NCBI GenBank assembly: GCA_963749155.1
Contig: CAVVLO010000003.1
Coordinates: 288,001 to 352,000 of the forward strand
Length of the DNA stretch: 64,000 nt
Reading direction: 5' to 3'
Origin: an uncultured Armatimonadia bacterium
Lineage (GTDB): Bacteria > Armatimonadota > Zipacnadia > CAVVLO01
A program made the position numbers and the translations under genes. The notes below the pieces were generated by a model, which did not search any database, was not told where the DNA came from, and saw only the letters and a list, made by a program, of their open reading frames with translations. Position 1 is the stretch's first letter. Each line of letters opens with the position of its first letter. Below, piece by piece: positions 19,192-31,044 of the stretch.

Positions 19192-20461
19192 CTAGCGAGG
19201 CGCGATAAGCAAGCTGGTCGCTGCAAGTGCGAGCAGCGCGCCTAGCGAAAGGACACCCAGCTTGCGTCCACCGAAACTCCACGCATAGATACCTTTCATC
19301 AGGTTGTTGCTGCCAGTCGCAATCAATATCGCCAGCACTGCTACTCCATAAGTTGTGGACAAGCCAGCAGTTTGGGTCAGGGACAAAATAAAGGCATCAA
19401 CATCTGTCACGCCCGTGATTGCCGCCAGGCCGTAGACACCGCTATCGCCTATATAGCGCTCGGCTAGCTCGGGTTGCCACCTGGATTGCCGCGAACATCG
19501 CCGCAAACAGAAAGGCGGTCTGTAACTCAAGCGGGTTGCCTGTGACAGGTTGCTGTTCTACCCCGGTCTGTTCCTGAGGTTTCTCGACGACCTTCGCCAC
19601 GACAAGAGCGCCCAGGGCGCCCGCCAGGCCAAGGCTGACGAGCCGCGCGCCAAGTATCCCGCCAAGTTCTGGATTAAAAAGCCACAGCAACACCGCGATG
19701 CGGATATACATCACACTGCTTGCCAGGATTACCCCACCAGCATGCAGCCACGTTTGGCCTGTGGCGCTGGCGCGTTTGGCCAGGGCGATAGTGGTCGCAG
19801 TGCTGGAATACGTGCCTCCAATTGCCGCGGTCACAAGCACCGAGTGGCTCTGCTTCAGCACGCGCTGCAGCAACCAGCTCGCGTAGGAGATGCCACTCAC
19901 GGCCACCACGATAAGCCAGGTCTTGAAGGGGTTGAGTTCGAAATCGGTATAGCCCTGGTTGGGCAGCACAGGCAGGATGACTACAGCCAAAATCAGGAAC
20001 TGCGCGAAGGTGGCCAGTTCTCCGTGGGGCATCCGCTCGGAGAACTTCCAGAGCGGCGCCTTGGATTGCAGCAACAAAACGGTAGACACGGCTGCGGCGA
20101 CGGCTATCCACAGATGGTCACGAGCAATCAACAGGCCGACGAGATAGGCGATCAGGGCGGCGACTTCGGTCGTAATGCCTGCTTCTTTCAAGGTGAGCTT
20201 GTGGAAGAAGCTGACGGCCATCAATCCGCCTAGCGCGAGAAGACCGACCGCGGGGAGCCAACTGTCAGTGCAAACCTGCGCAAGCCCGTAGCCAAACAGG
20301 CCAAGCAGAGGAAAAGTGCGCACTCCGCCGACGAAATAGCCTTTGTCGGTGGTGCTCTTCTCCTGTCGCTCGATACCCATAAGCAGCGTAAGACCTATCG
20401 CCACAACGACCTCGAAGAGGTCACTTAGGGCGGGATCCCAATTGCCTGGCAAATCTGTCAC
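19192..20461 (-). CDS. MgtC/SapB + DUF4010 membrane protein (frame break near 19470)
   Basis: MGIERQ, GGVRTFPL, GITTEVA, ILPVLPN, GGTYSSTATT, GVTDVDA, SNNLMKG. Confidence 0.88.
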
Positions 20462-20550
20462 CTCTTTAGCCGCTTCCCTTGAATTATACCCTGTGTCGCT
20501 CTCAAAGGAGTTATCGGCATCCCTTCCAGAATACTTTAGGAGGCAGACAG

Positions 20551-20582
20551 AAGCCCCGAAGCGCGAAGCTCCGGGGCTTTTG
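20551..20582. terminator. Hairpin downstream of the stalk-domain gene
   Basis: AAGCCCCG...CGGGGCTTTT. Confidence 0.55.
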
Positions 20583-20589
20583 GTAAGGA

Positions 20590-20642
20590 ATCGATGGTGC
20601 ACATAAGAAAATCGATGGTGCAGGGGTTCTACCCCCACGCCT
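20590..20642. repeat. Relative of the 5771-5997 repeat
   Basis: Two copies of TCGATGGTGCA, the second followed by GGGG-TTCTA-CCCC as at 5968-5997. Confidence 0.65.
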
Positions 20643-20654
20643 TTTATCGTTTTA

Positions 20655-21551
20655 TTACCCGTCGTTGCCCGGCAGAATGTGGATCGCATATAACCGCGAG
20701 TCCCACTCATAACGCAAGCCAAAGAGGGGCGCTACATCTCGCACGGCGACCATCAGCCTTCCGTCAGCGAGCTTGGGGGCTGACGAGAGTTGTATGCTTG
20801 TGTCAGCAATCTTTGCCGTCAGCTTACCTACCGTGAGAGTAACCGTTCCACTCTTATCATCTAGGGTCGCGGTTCGGCTCGTCGCATCCCAGGAGAGGCT
20901 TCTCGGGTCGCGTACTAATGCGCGAACCGGCACATAGACCTCTTCACCTTCGATGAGTGGCTTCCAGTAACCTCCGGACACAAACACGAGAGGCTGCAGT
21001 AAGGACTCGCGACGATCGGTCTGTAATGTTTTCAGTGCCGTGCGCCATTCGACGTAGCCGAAGGGCGATAAAGACATTGCGGCCCCAGATGGTATCAATA
21101 CCTCAACCCAATCTGTCGCAGCCCGAAGGTCACACGCATTTCGGTCGCGTATCCCACGAGCACCAACTGCTTGCGCCCAAAGGTAGCCTGCCTCTACCCA
21201 CCTTACGGCGGGCCACAACTTAGAAGCAGGATTGGTGCGACGCTCTTGCTGGTATGCATCAACACCTTTTGCAGTTGCCAGGTCAAATTTGCTTGCATCC
21301 GGTGGCAGTGTTTCCTGTGACCACCCGGCACCAAATCTGTCGCCATAAGTTGTCACAACTTGCTGCAATCGCTCGACTAACTGATCTAATACAGGATTCT
21401 CTGCAGCCTGTGCTGACGGTTTACCATATAGTATAGGGGCCGCAGCGAAGAGGCTTTGACGTGCCTCTGGTTGCGTCAGCATGACAGGCTGAGCAAAGGC
21501 GACGGAGCTCAGTAACAAGAAGGATACCATGTATAAACATACTCGTTTCAT
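20655..21551 (-). CDS. Secreted protein with C-terminal copper amine oxidase N-terminal (stalk)-like domain
   Basis: Signal peptide; YVPVRAL, LSWDATSRTATL, APKLADGRLMVAVRDVAPLFGLRYEWD. Confidence 0.8.
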   Translation of the reverse strand: MKRVCLYMVSFLLLSSVAFAQPVMLTQPEARQSLFAAAPILYGKPSAQAAENPVLDQLVERLQQVVTTYGDRFGAGWSQETLPPDASKFDLATAKGVDAYQQERRTNPASKLWPAVRWVEAGYLWAQAVGARGIRDRNACDLRAATDWVEVLIPSGAAMSLSPFGYVEWRTALKTLQTDRRESLLQPLVFVSGGYWKPLIEGEEVYVPVRALVRDPRSLSWDATSRTATLDDKSGTVTLTVGKLTAKIADTSIQLSSAPKLADGRLMVAVRDVAPLFGLRYEWDSRLYAIHILPGNDG

Positions 21552-21919
21552 CTCTTGTGTCTCCTCTTTTCACTTTATCAACGGAGATAGAAATTGGACT
21601 TTTAGTCCTTGCAGAAGCCAAAGATGAAGGGTAATTGTAGGGGGGTGCAGCAGTTATTCCACTGCGTCTTTCAGGTTTCTGGCGAGAAGATACGCACGGT
21701 CTACAGCTTCGGATCCCACTTATACTCCCGGTAATAGGCAACAGTGATTGAGCAGCACGGAGAGCCATATGACGGGCAACCACTAGCCGCGGGGGGGGGG
21801 GGGCTATTTGGGGCCTTTGTTTCATTGGCAACTCCTCTTGAGTCAAAGATGATGAGTCTTCGCTGCTTAGAGTGTCGCTTCGCCCCGGCCAAAGGGCGAG
21901 TCGTTGGACGTCCAAAAAT

Positions 21920-21948
21920 ATCTTATCGCGTAACAATCCAGGTGTCAA
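21920..21948 (-). promoter_or_regulatory. Sigma70-type promoter
   Basis: TTGACA (21948-21943), 17 bp spacer, TAAGAT (21925-21920) on the - strand. Confidence 0.7.
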
Positions 21949-22012
21949 GTGCTTAATGTGGTATTTCGTTTTGTGTAATCTGCTTAAGCTTTTGTTTGCA
22001 GTCCGGCAGGCT

Positions 22013-22148
22013 GGTTTCGGCACTGAAGTACCGAAACACCTGCGAAAGGTCAGGGGCAGAGGTTGGTTTCGGGAGCAGAGACTCCCGAAACACCAGCGAA
22101 AGGTAAAGGCGGAGGTTGGTATCGGGAGCAAGCTCCCGATACACGCCA
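22013..22148. repeat. Cluster of three REP-like palindromes
   Basis: GTTTCGGCACTGAAGTACCGAAAC, GTTTCGGGAGCAGAGACTCCCGAAAC and GTATCGGGAGCAAGCTCCCGATAC at about 52 bp spacing. Confidence 0.85.
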
Positions 22149-22359
22149 ACGAAAGGTCAGGTATCAAGCAGCGTGAAACCGGGCGCGAGGGCGTCCCCTC
22201 ACCAGGTTGTAAATAGTGGTGGTATTTACATTATATTAACCTTGCATTCTTTCTTTGGAAACGTGGTATCCTTTTCGATGAATACTAAGGTTTTTCTTGC
22301 CCGTTGATGTACCCGCCTTGTTCGACCTTATGCTCCTGAAAAGCTTGAAGGTGAAGAAC

Positions 22360-22935
22360 ATGAGGAGCCTTAGCTTTGTTGCTCTACTGACTGTGCTTGC
22401 TCTGCTGCTGGTTTGCGGCCTGGCGGGGGCAGATCCCTGGAGCGTCACTTACACAGGCAATGTAGGGACACCTGGCTATGATAATGAGTGGGATCTGAGC
22501 TGGATAATTACCTGGGCGCCTGACAATACGCCAGCCGAAGGTGTCAGTTTCGTCTGGTTCGACGTGCCAGAAAGCCTGCAAAGCGCTGACGTCACCTCCT
22601 GGACGGATGGCAGCACTACAGATTTTATCACTACCAGCGGTCTTCACTACTATGTTGGCGTAGCAAGCGACCCATACGGAGTAACCGAAGGCGACAAGGT
22701 GTTCCTCTGGGCGATAAGCTCAAACTCAGACCACCTGACCCTGACGGCCGTGGTTGTTAATCCTGACAGTTATACCTTCGGGACCATTGATGGAGGGATC
22801 GGGGGCTCCAATCTTATTCCAGGTGGCAGTTACAGCGATTTCTCTACTCTTGGCCTGACCCCTGAGCCTGGCAGCCTGGCGTTATTGCTCTTTGGCCTGG
22901 GCGCGCTAGGTCTGCGGCATCGGCGCAAGCAGTAA
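22360..22935 (+). CDS. PEP-CTERM sorting-domain protein
   Basis: Signal peptide and C-terminal TPEPGSLALLLFGLGALGLRHRRKQ. Confidence 0.9.
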   Translation: MRSLSFVALLTVLALLLVCGLAGADPWSVTYTGNVGTPGYDNEWDLSWIITWAPDNTPAEGVSFVWFDVPESLQSADVTSWTDGSTTDFITTSGLHYYVGVASDPYGVTEGDKVFLWAISSNSDHLTLTAVVVNPDSYTFGTIDGGIGGSNLIPGGSYSDFSTLGLTPEPGSLALLLFGLGALGLRHRRKQ

Positions 22936-22985
22936 GCTGCGCAGGAAGTCCTCTTCTCGTACAGAAACCTTCCCTATTCACGGGG

Positions 22986-24653
22986 GTGGTCTCTGTGCGA
23001 CTTGTTTTGGCGCTGTTGCTCCTTTGCAGCCTGGCCTTGCCTGGCTTTGCCGCCGATACTGCCAGCTCTGACCTCGACTGGTGGCGCGAGGCGCGCTTTG
23101 GGCTTTTCCTCCACTGGGATATGGTCAGTCTGGTGGGCACCGAGATAAGCTGGTCGAGGGGACTTGAGATACCCAATGAGGAGTATGATGCCCTTTACAA
23201 GCGTTTCAACCCCGTAGACTTCGACCCTGACGAGTGGGTCGCCCTCGCCAAAGCCGCTGGTATGAAGTATCTCGTCTTCACCACCAAGCACCACGATGGC
23301 TTCTCGATGTTCGACTCTGCCTGGACAGATTACAAGATAACCAACTCGCCCTATGGGAAGGATATCGTTAAGCAACTGGCCGATGCCTGCCATCGCGGAG
23401 GGCTTAAGCTGGGCTTCTACTACTCGCCCCCCGACTGGTACAGCCCCGATTTTCGCAATCCAATAACCGGCTGGCGTCACACCCGGTTTATCCATCGCCA
23501 ACTGCGCGAGCTGTGCACCAATTACGGCAAGGTGGATATCATCTGGTTCGATGGGCTGGACACGACGGCCGCCGAGAACAGCTCCGAGAAGCTGCTGGCG
23601 ATGATACGGAGGCTTCAGCCGGGCGTCCTCATAAATAACCGCTCAGGCCTGCCCGCCGACTTCGACACGCCCGAGCAGACGGTGGGCGGCTTCAACCGCG
23701 CGCGTCCCTGGGAAAGCTGCATCACCATCGGCAACCAGTGGTCGTATCGTCCAAAAGACACCATAAAATCGCTGGAAGAGTGCCTCGGGACGCTTATCCG
23801 TTGTGCGGGCGGAGACGGGAATCTGCTCTTCAATGTGGGGCCGATGCCGACCGGCCAGATCGAACCTGTTCAGGCGGACAGGCTTCGCGAGATGGGCAAA
23901 TGGCTGGCCCAGTATGGCCAGTCTGTTTACGGTACTCGCGGAGGCCCTTACAAGCCCGCCGACTGGGGCGTAACGACCTGCAAGGGCAAGCGCGTCTTCC
24001 TGCATATCCTCAGTTGGGAGGATATAGGCGATGATGAGGCCGGACTGCCTCTGCTGCCGCCTCTTCCGGCCAAAATCCTCTCTTGCCGCGCTCTTACAGG
24101 CGGATCCGCTACGTGCAGCCAATCGGAAGAGGGCCTGCGCCTCTTCGTCGAGCCCTCTGCCCGTGTTGCGCCGGACACACTGATTGAGCTTGTGCTGGAC
24201 CGCGACGCGGAAACCCTCGAGCCTCTCTCGGCGCCCTCTCGAAGCCTCTCGGTCGGGAAGCCAGCCACCGCCAGCAATGTCTATCAGGGGATGACCTGGG
24301 GCTTCGGGCCCCAGGCCGCCGTGGATGGCAATCTCTCCTCCCGCTGGGCGACTGACTCTGGCACCCTTTCTGCCTGGCTTGAAGTGGATCTCGGCGCGCC
24401 CCTGACCTGCGGGAAGGCCCGGCTCCTCGAGGCGGCGCCTTATGATGGGCGGGTGAAGCGCTTCCGCCTGCTTTACCGAAATGCCCCCGAAGAAGCCTGG
24501 CAAGTGGCTCTCGAAGGGACAGAGCTGCCAAAAACTGCCATCACTTTCACGCCTTTTACCGCTCGCTATGTCAGGCTTGATTTACCCGAAGCCATCGAAG
24601 GCCCAACTATTGCCGATTTTAGCCTTTATCCGCCCTCTGAGGTGACCGACTGA
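22986..24653 (+). CDS. GH29 alpha-L-fucosidase with F5/8 type C (CBM32-like) domain
   Basis: WWREARFGLFLHW, TTKHHDGF, IIWFDG, INNR, NLLFNVGP; C-terminal AVDGNLSSRWAT..WLEVDLG..ARYVRL. Confidence 0.93.
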   Translation: MVSVRLVLALLLLCSLALPGFAADTASSDLDWWREARFGLFLHWDMVSLVGTEISWSRGLEIPNEEYDALYKRFNPVDFDPDEWVALAKAAGMKYLVFTTKHHDGFSMFDSAWTDYKITNSPYGKDIVKQLADACHRGGLKLGFYYSPPDWYSPDFRNPITGWRHTRFIHRQLRELCTNYGKVDIIWFDGLDTTAAENSSEKLLAMIRRLQPGVLINNRSGLPADFDTPEQTVGGFNRARPWESCITIGNQWSYRPKDTIKSLEECLGTLIRCAGGDGNLLFNVGPMPTGQIEPVQADRLREMGKWLAQYGQSVYGTRGGPYKPADWGVTTCKGKRVFLHILSWEDIGDDEAGLPLLPPLPAKILSCRALTGGSATCSQSEEGLRLFVEPSARVAPDTLIELVLDRDAETLEPLSAPSRSLSVGKPATASNVYQGMTWGFGPQAAVDGNLSSRWATDSGTLSAWLEVDLGAPLTCGKARLLEAAPYDGRVKRFRLLYRNAPEEAWQVALEGTELPKTAITFTPFTARYVRLDLPEAIEGPTIADFSLYPPSEVTD

Positions 24654-27614
24654 TGCCCGTCTTTATTGTGCTTGTTATGCTGTTAGTGTTTACCGCACTT
24701 GCTGGCGCCTTCCCCCTTGCGCGCGATGGCCAGCCTGCCGCCACCATCGTGCTTGCCGAGAGGCCAACTCTCTCGGCCCAGTTCGCCGCGGAGGAACTGG
24801 TGCGCCATATCAAAGCTGTAACTGGCGCCACACTGCCGATTGTGACCGACCGGCAGCCGCTCGAAGGCCCCGCCATCTTCGTTGGGGAGTCTCTTGCAAC
24901 CCAGGCGATGGGGCTTCACAGTAGCGATTTTGATGACCAGGAATATCTCATCCAGTGCAGACCGGATCGTCTTCTGCTTCTGGGGAAGGACGACCGGCGC
25001 AAGGTAACAGCCGAAGGGCCTCTGCCCTCTTTTGAGGAAGAGGGCGCCTTTGGCGGCGCGGCGTCTTTCGATGGCAACCAGTGTCTTGGCGTCGAGCCAG
25101 TTCGCTTTGATGATGAGCAAGGCACTTTCGAGCTTTGGGCCTGGCTGCCAGAGGCCTCCGAGCGCGATGAGACCTTCCTCCGGATGGATGGCACTGGCCC
25201 CTGGACCTATCACATCCTCCAGCAACTTGCGGGCTCGATGCAAGTGACATACTGGACCTACGATGGCCAAAATCGTTATGTGGTGGAATCGAGCGAGCTT
25301 GCTCCCGGCTGGCATTACATCGCGGCTACTTATGATGCCGAAAAAGAGCAGATGGAACTCTATATTGATGGCCTGAGTCAGGGCACGGCCCCCTTCCATA
25401 AGACTACTTGTGCTGGCACGGTGATGGGCCTGGGCTCGATGGCTGATGCGGGCGGGTCGCCTTTAGGCAACAGTTTTAGTGGCCTCCTGGATGAGGTGCG
25501 CTATTCGACCGAGGTGCTGCCCATCAGTCCCTCTCGTATGGAAGCAAAGCCTCCGGTAGGGCCTTCCTGCGCCCTCTCTTTCTCTTTTGATGAGGCAAGT
25601 GGCACTTTTGTAGAGGCAATCTCGGGCGCCTCGGTGAATCGCCTTCCCGAACTTTTCGGGTTGAACGGCACACTTTACGCCGTCTATGATTTTCTGGAGC
25701 GAGCCTGCGGGGTGCGCTGGTACGCGCCCACCGACCTTGGCCTGGTCGCGCCGAAGCAGCCTACGCTTGACGTGGCGGAATTCGAGCGGCGGCATAAGCC
25801 TGCGATGCAGTATCGCTGGATTACCCCTACCGCTCTCTATATGCCCGGCCCGCCCGATGCCCTCTCGGCGCGCGAAGTGCAGCTCTGGAAGCTGCGTATG
25901 CGCATCGGAGGGCGCTATTTCTGGGTCTGCCATAGCTTCGGCCATTGGCCCCAACAGTTTCTGGCTGAGCATCCAGAGTGGTTCGCGCAAGGCTATGAGC
26001 ATCCCAGCCAGCCCTGCTACACCAATCCAGGCGCGCTTGACCAGATAACTCGCGAGGCGGAGGCCTGGTTCGACCGAGAGGGCAATCCTGCCTCCTGGGA
26101 TCCGCGCGATGTGTTCGGGATCGTGCCTTCCGATGATGCCAACTGGTGTCAGTGCGATGCGTGCAAAGCGCTGAGAGATGACCCTGAGCCTGGCAACCAG
26201 CAGTTTAATAATCGTCAGGCCAGCCGCTATGTATGGGGCTGCGTCAATGAGGTGGCGCGCCGTGTTCAGGCCAGCCATCCCGATGAGTGGATTGGCGCCC
26301 TTGCCTATTGGGAATATGCCTACTGGCCTGAAGGGTTTGACCTTGAACCCAATGTCTGGGTGCAGACCTGCCTGCACACCCGCAACTGGTGGAGCCCTTC
26401 GATGGAGGCCAATGACCGCCGGGTGCTCTCCGAATGGCGCGAAAATCGCCCTGGCAAGCCTCTTTATGTCTGGCTTTACTACAACTTCCCCGCCCTCAAC
26501 GCCCAGTCTGAGGATTTCGGCTATTTCCCAGGCTTCAATGGCCATCAGGTGGTCGAACAGATGGCCCTCTACAGGGAAAAGGACGTCACCGGTATCTTTA
26601 TGGAGCACTCCAGCGAGTTCGGTCAGAGCTTCCTGATGGACCAGGTCGAGTTCTATGTCAGCCTGAAGCTGGCTGATGACCCGACCCTGGATGGAAAGGC
26701 GCTGATTGACGAGTTCTTCCGCCTTTACTATGGCGCCGCAGCGAAGCCAATGCAAGCGCTTTATGAACGCCATCGAGGACGTTTATACCGATCCGGACAA
26801 CTATCCTGATGAGGTGCGCGCGACCAACAAGCATTATCACCAGAGCGAAGAGTTCGCCTGGGTTTATCTCGGCACGCCCGAGCGGATGGCCGATTATGCC
26901 GTTTTGATGGAGCAAGCCAGGGCTTCGGCCTCGACGCCGCTTGAGCAAGCGCGCGTTGCCGCCTTCGATGAGGGCATCTGGCAGCAGATGGTCGAAGGAA
27001 GGGCGAAATGGGAAGAGAAGAAAGAGGCAAAAGCCCGGCCCGCGCCAGAAGCTGTAGTTCCTGCCACCAAGCCAGCCGGAGGCGACCCGGATGGCGTGGC
27101 TTTCTCTTCTGCAATCGAGCTTGCGCCCTGGTACACCCTCGGGGGGCTGGACACCGAGCGCCAGGTCACGGCGCGCGCGCTGCACGATGGCGAATATCTC
27201 TACCTCCAGCTTGAGGAAGCAGTCGAACTCGCGAGGCTGAAAGAGGGCCCAAGAGTCTGGGACGGCGATGATTTTGAGATATTCCTGGCGACCGAGAAGA
27301 CAGGTCCGGTGCTCCAGGTGATTGTAGGCCCGACCGGGGCGCTGACGGCGGCGCTGAACAACCCAAATCCCCTCGGGGCCAAAACGGCGACTCGAGCGAG
27401 TCTAGCGGCTTCCGACGCGGCCAACTGGCGCGTGAGGTTGGCAATCCCGCTAGCTGAAGTGCCTGGATTCAAGTCCGACTCGACGCGCGACCTGTGGGCC
27501 AACTGCTGCAGGGCCAGCTCAGGCGCAAGCGCCCTGCTTGCCTGGAGCCCCACCCATGTTGGGCGTTTCTGCGAGCCAGCGAAATTCGGCAGATTGACGC
27601 TGGAGGGCGACTAG
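24653..27614 (+). CDS. DUF4838 protein with inserted LamG domain and C-terminal CBM9-like domain (frame break near 26768)
   Basis: GTLYAVYDFLERACGVRWY, CHSF, CQCDAC, WHYIAATYD..LYIDG..GLLDEVR, DGEYLYL..WDGDDFEIFL. Confidence 0.8.
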
Positions 27615-27617
27615 GAG

Positions 27618-28421
27618 ATGCATCCCGCGCTTCTTGAAGCTGAAAGTCGCGTTCGCGCGCGTTGCCAGCAGGACGACCGGTGCCTCGCCTATTATATGAT
27701 TGGCTCCGATGGCGCTGGCACGGCGGATGAATGGTCAGACCTCGACCTGGCAATCATGACCACCGATGAGGGATATGAAGCCTATGTCGAAGAATTGCGA
27801 GACTTGGTAGAAGAATGCTTCGGCCCCATCGTGGCGTGGCTTACCGAAGGCCCGACCGACTTCGGCTGCAACTATGCCTTCCTCTTTCGCCACGCGGAGG
27901 AACTGCTGCTGACTGACCTCTACGTCGGCCGTGAGGGCGCCCCCTACACGCCGCGTCCGACCGCCGTCCTCTTCGACAAGACTGGCCGGCTGCTTGCCCA
28001 ACTGGAAGAGGCACCCCCCTCCCCCGCCGCGCCTGCCAACCTGGAGTGGACCCTCGTCAACTGGTGGGTCTATTGCTATCTGAATGGCAAATATTGGAAG
28101 CGCGGCGACCTGTGGAAGCTGCTTTACGTGCAGCAGGTGCTCTTCTCCACCCACTTTGAGGTGCTGAAAGCCCTCTACCCCGACAAGCAGTGGGTTTGGC
28201 CGGCGCGCGACCTCCACCAACTGCCGCCCGAGCAGGAGCAGCGCTATCTGGCCTACTTCCCCGCCGCCAGTTTCGAGGCCATAAGCGCCTCTCTCCTCGC
28301 CGAGCTGGACCTTTTCAGCGAGGATGCACGCGCCGCCTGCGCAAAACACGGCCTCCCCTATCCCCTTGAGATGGAGGAGGCCGTCAGAAAGCACCTGGAC
28401 CTGATGGTGTTTGGCCTCTAG
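27618..28421 (+). CDS. Pol-beta-like nucleotidyltransferase (AadK/Lnu-like fold)
   Basis: IGS..ADEWSDLD motif, third Asp in TDLY, VLFDKTG, helical C-terminal domain with KRGDLW. Confidence 0.75.
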   Translation: MHPALLEAESRVRARCQQDDRCLAYYMIGSDGAGTADEWSDLDLAIMTTDEGYEAYVEELRDLVEECFGPIVAWLTEGPTDFGCNYAFLFRHAEELLLTDLYVGREGAPYTPRPTAVLFDKTGRLLAQLEEAPPSPAAPANLEWTLVNWWVYCYLNGKYWKRGDLWKLLYVQQVLFSTHFEVLKALYPDKQWVWPARDLHQLPPEQEQRYLAYFPAASFEAISASLLAELDLFSEDARAACAKHGLPYPLEMEEAVRKHLDLMVFGL

Positions 28422-30835
28422 CCGAGTGGCACCACCGTTATCGTGCGGGCAGGCAGCCTCAATATCTGCTTCATCCGCGCAGGACGCGGTGTCCCCTCTG
28501 GGAAGTCGCTTTCGCGATATTCGATGGGGTATTCCAGGTTCTCCGCAGCGGTATTGAAGTACAACAGATAGCCCTCGAAGCGCGAAACCAGCACTCGGTC
28601 GACGCCTGCATCCAGCACTGGGGCATTCCACTCCGGATGGCCAACTTGCGCGCCGGCCTCTTCGCTAAGGGTCTTCACAAGCTCTGCCCTTTGGCGCTCG
28701 GAGAGGGTTGTCGCATCCAGCGTAAGCACCAGCCCCTCGCCCAGCTTGACCGCGCCTTGCTGCCAGAGTGGCGCGGTGTCCCAGTAGAGGTTCACCTTCG
28801 GGAAAGGCGCCAGTTCAGCCTCGGTCGCGTCCAATTCGCGCACGTTAATCTTGCCCACATACACGGTCAGCTCGCGGCCATCGGGGCTGCCCTCCTGTCG
28901 CTGGGAAGGAATCCACGCTGGCCCTTCCAGTCGCAAGGTATGGAAAGCGATTTCCTCACTGGGCGGAGTTGTGATAGTCCATTCCCAGGCAGCCTGCGTG
29001 TTCGGTACAGCTTCGACAGTCTGCCCTTCAAGTGTCATCCGCTGAGGTAAAGCCCATTCTGGTACCCAGCCTGTAAGAGTGATGCGGTAGGTCTTCCCTC
29101 CCGCCAGAGGCAGACTGATGCCCGCCCCGGGGGCCGCCCAGCGCGCGCCAGGCTCGGGGTTGTGCCACAGCCCGGTCAGCGCCGCCTCGTCGGTGTTCGG
29201 GTCGACGGTATAAGCTGCGGGCAAATCTCCGGTCAGCTCAACCTGCAAGCCAGAGGCCGCAATCGGTGGAGTCTCAGGCGCCTGGGCCTCCCATAAAGCA
29301 GTCTCGCCCTCGAGGGTCTGGGCGGGCCGGGCTTGCAGCACAACAAGCACTCCCCCCGCTTTGACCCATTCCTGCACGGCAAGCCAGGCGGCCTCATCCA
29401 GGAAATCCGCCCCCGCAAGCACCAGAGTCCGGAGTTCCCAGTTTGGTCAGCGCGCCATCCAGGAGGAGCCGGTCGTCTACCACTTCATAGACCAGGCAAT
29501 CGCGCAGCGGATCGGAAAGCGCCAGCGTCGCGCCGCTCCAGGGCTGGTCGGGATGCAGCCAGTGTTCCAGCGTCGGATGCCAGAGGGCCACCGGCGTAAT
29601 CGCAGCCTTCCCCGTAAAAAGCTCGCGATAGGTTTCGAAGTAATCGCGCGCGCGGTCCATATTCCCAAGATAGTCGAACCAGGTCTCGACCCCGTTAACG
29701 AGGTCCATATGAAGCCTGTTGAGCTGCCTGTCGCGAGGCACGTCGGAGGGCGGTTCAGTATAGTAAGGCACGCCGTAGAACTTGCAGGCGGTGCTGACTC
29801 GGCGGGTCGGGAAATAGCCGACATCGCCAGGCGTCTGCGCCGAGATGCCAAGCTTTGCCATCTCAGCGACGTGACGCCCCTCGTCATTGCCCGCCTTTAG
29901 CGGCTCCTGCGCATAGCCCAGACTGGCGACAATCTCCTTGCCCGGGAAATGGCGCTGCACGATGGTGGTCGTCTTGCGCAGCGTCTCGCTCCAGGCCTGG
30001 TTATACCAATCGGCGAAATCCACCCAATAGCGCCTGGCTTCGACCGAATCGTAGAGCTTCGGCTGGACGGTCAGCGGCTCGGGAGGCACTAGTTCCTCTG
30101 CCTGGGCAAAGCTCGTGCCCCAGGCGGTGTTGAGCGCCGCCAGGCTGCCATATTTGGCAAGCTGTTTCGCACGGAAATCCGCCAGCGCGTAGTCATCGCC
30201 GCACCAGTAGCCAGGTTTGGCGGTAGGTTGGGGCCGCAGCCAATGGGTCATCCCGAAGCAATACCCCAACTCGCCATATTCCGAGGGCATCGCAAGCCGG
30301 ATAAAACTGATCTGCCCCTCGAGCGCCGTGCTGAGCCGAGAGTAATACCGGTCGTAGACTCCTTCCAGATCAGGCGACCAGAGCGAAAGCTGGGGGATCG
30401 TTTCGCCGGTCTCGAGGTTCTTGTACGGCACAAAGACCGGCGATTCGGCATACCAGTTGGGCGGGAAATGCAGCCAGCAGAAGGGCACATAGCCCAGCCC
30501 GTTGTCGATTATCTTGCGCGCGCCGTTCTGGTAGAGATGCCCAGCGCCATTGACCTTCTTCAGGCTCTGCGTAGACCCAGCACTGATACTCGCACCAGTC
30601 GTCCTGGCCATTGCGAAGTATCTGATCAAGCTGCCCCTGGCCCACCTCGCACCAGTCAGGCGGAGTCATGAGAGATGCCCTTCCAGTAGTCGATGAAGGT
30701 CTGCACGCCCGTCTGGCCCGAGTAGAAGCGTATAGGCATATCGCCAAGCGGCGGGAAAGGCGTTTCCTGTGCGCAACCCACTAACGCGATGCCCAGCAGT
30801 AAACCCGCGATCATCAAACCTGTCATCGTCCTCAT
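28418..30835 (-). CDS. Lipoprotein GH42/GH14-like TIM-barrel glycoside hydrolase (frame breaks near 30640 and 29430)
   Basis: Lipobox LVGC; YQCWVYAEPEEGQWRW, HFPPNW, SEYGELGY, KYGSLAALNTAWGTSF, YYTEP. Three ORF pieces. Confidence 0.72.
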
Positions 30836-30892
30836 CCTCGTGCCTCCAGTGCGATATCCCAAACCCCAAGCCTGCCGGGGTGCCAGGCGTTG

Positions 30893-30964
30893 GTGTTTCG
30901 GGGCTTCAGCCCTGAAACCAACGCCCCGGAGCTACACGGGTTTCGGCACTGAAGTACCGAAACA
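30893..30964. repeat. REP-like palindrome pair
   Basis: GTTTCGGGGCTTCAGCCCTGAAAC and GTTTCGGCACTGAAGTACCGAAAC, the second identical to the copy near 22015. Confidence 0.8.
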
Positions 30965-31044
30965 GCTGTTGAGGCGGTCCAGTGGCAGCTGCGTGAGCGT
31001 TTGGCTCTGAAGACCGACACCCGCTGTAGTCCAGTCCAGCCGCC

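Noticed and set aside
22013..22148. Mini-CRISPR from three regularly spaced palindromes
   Set aside because: The three units differ from each other and each recurs elsewhere as a dispersed REP-like module.
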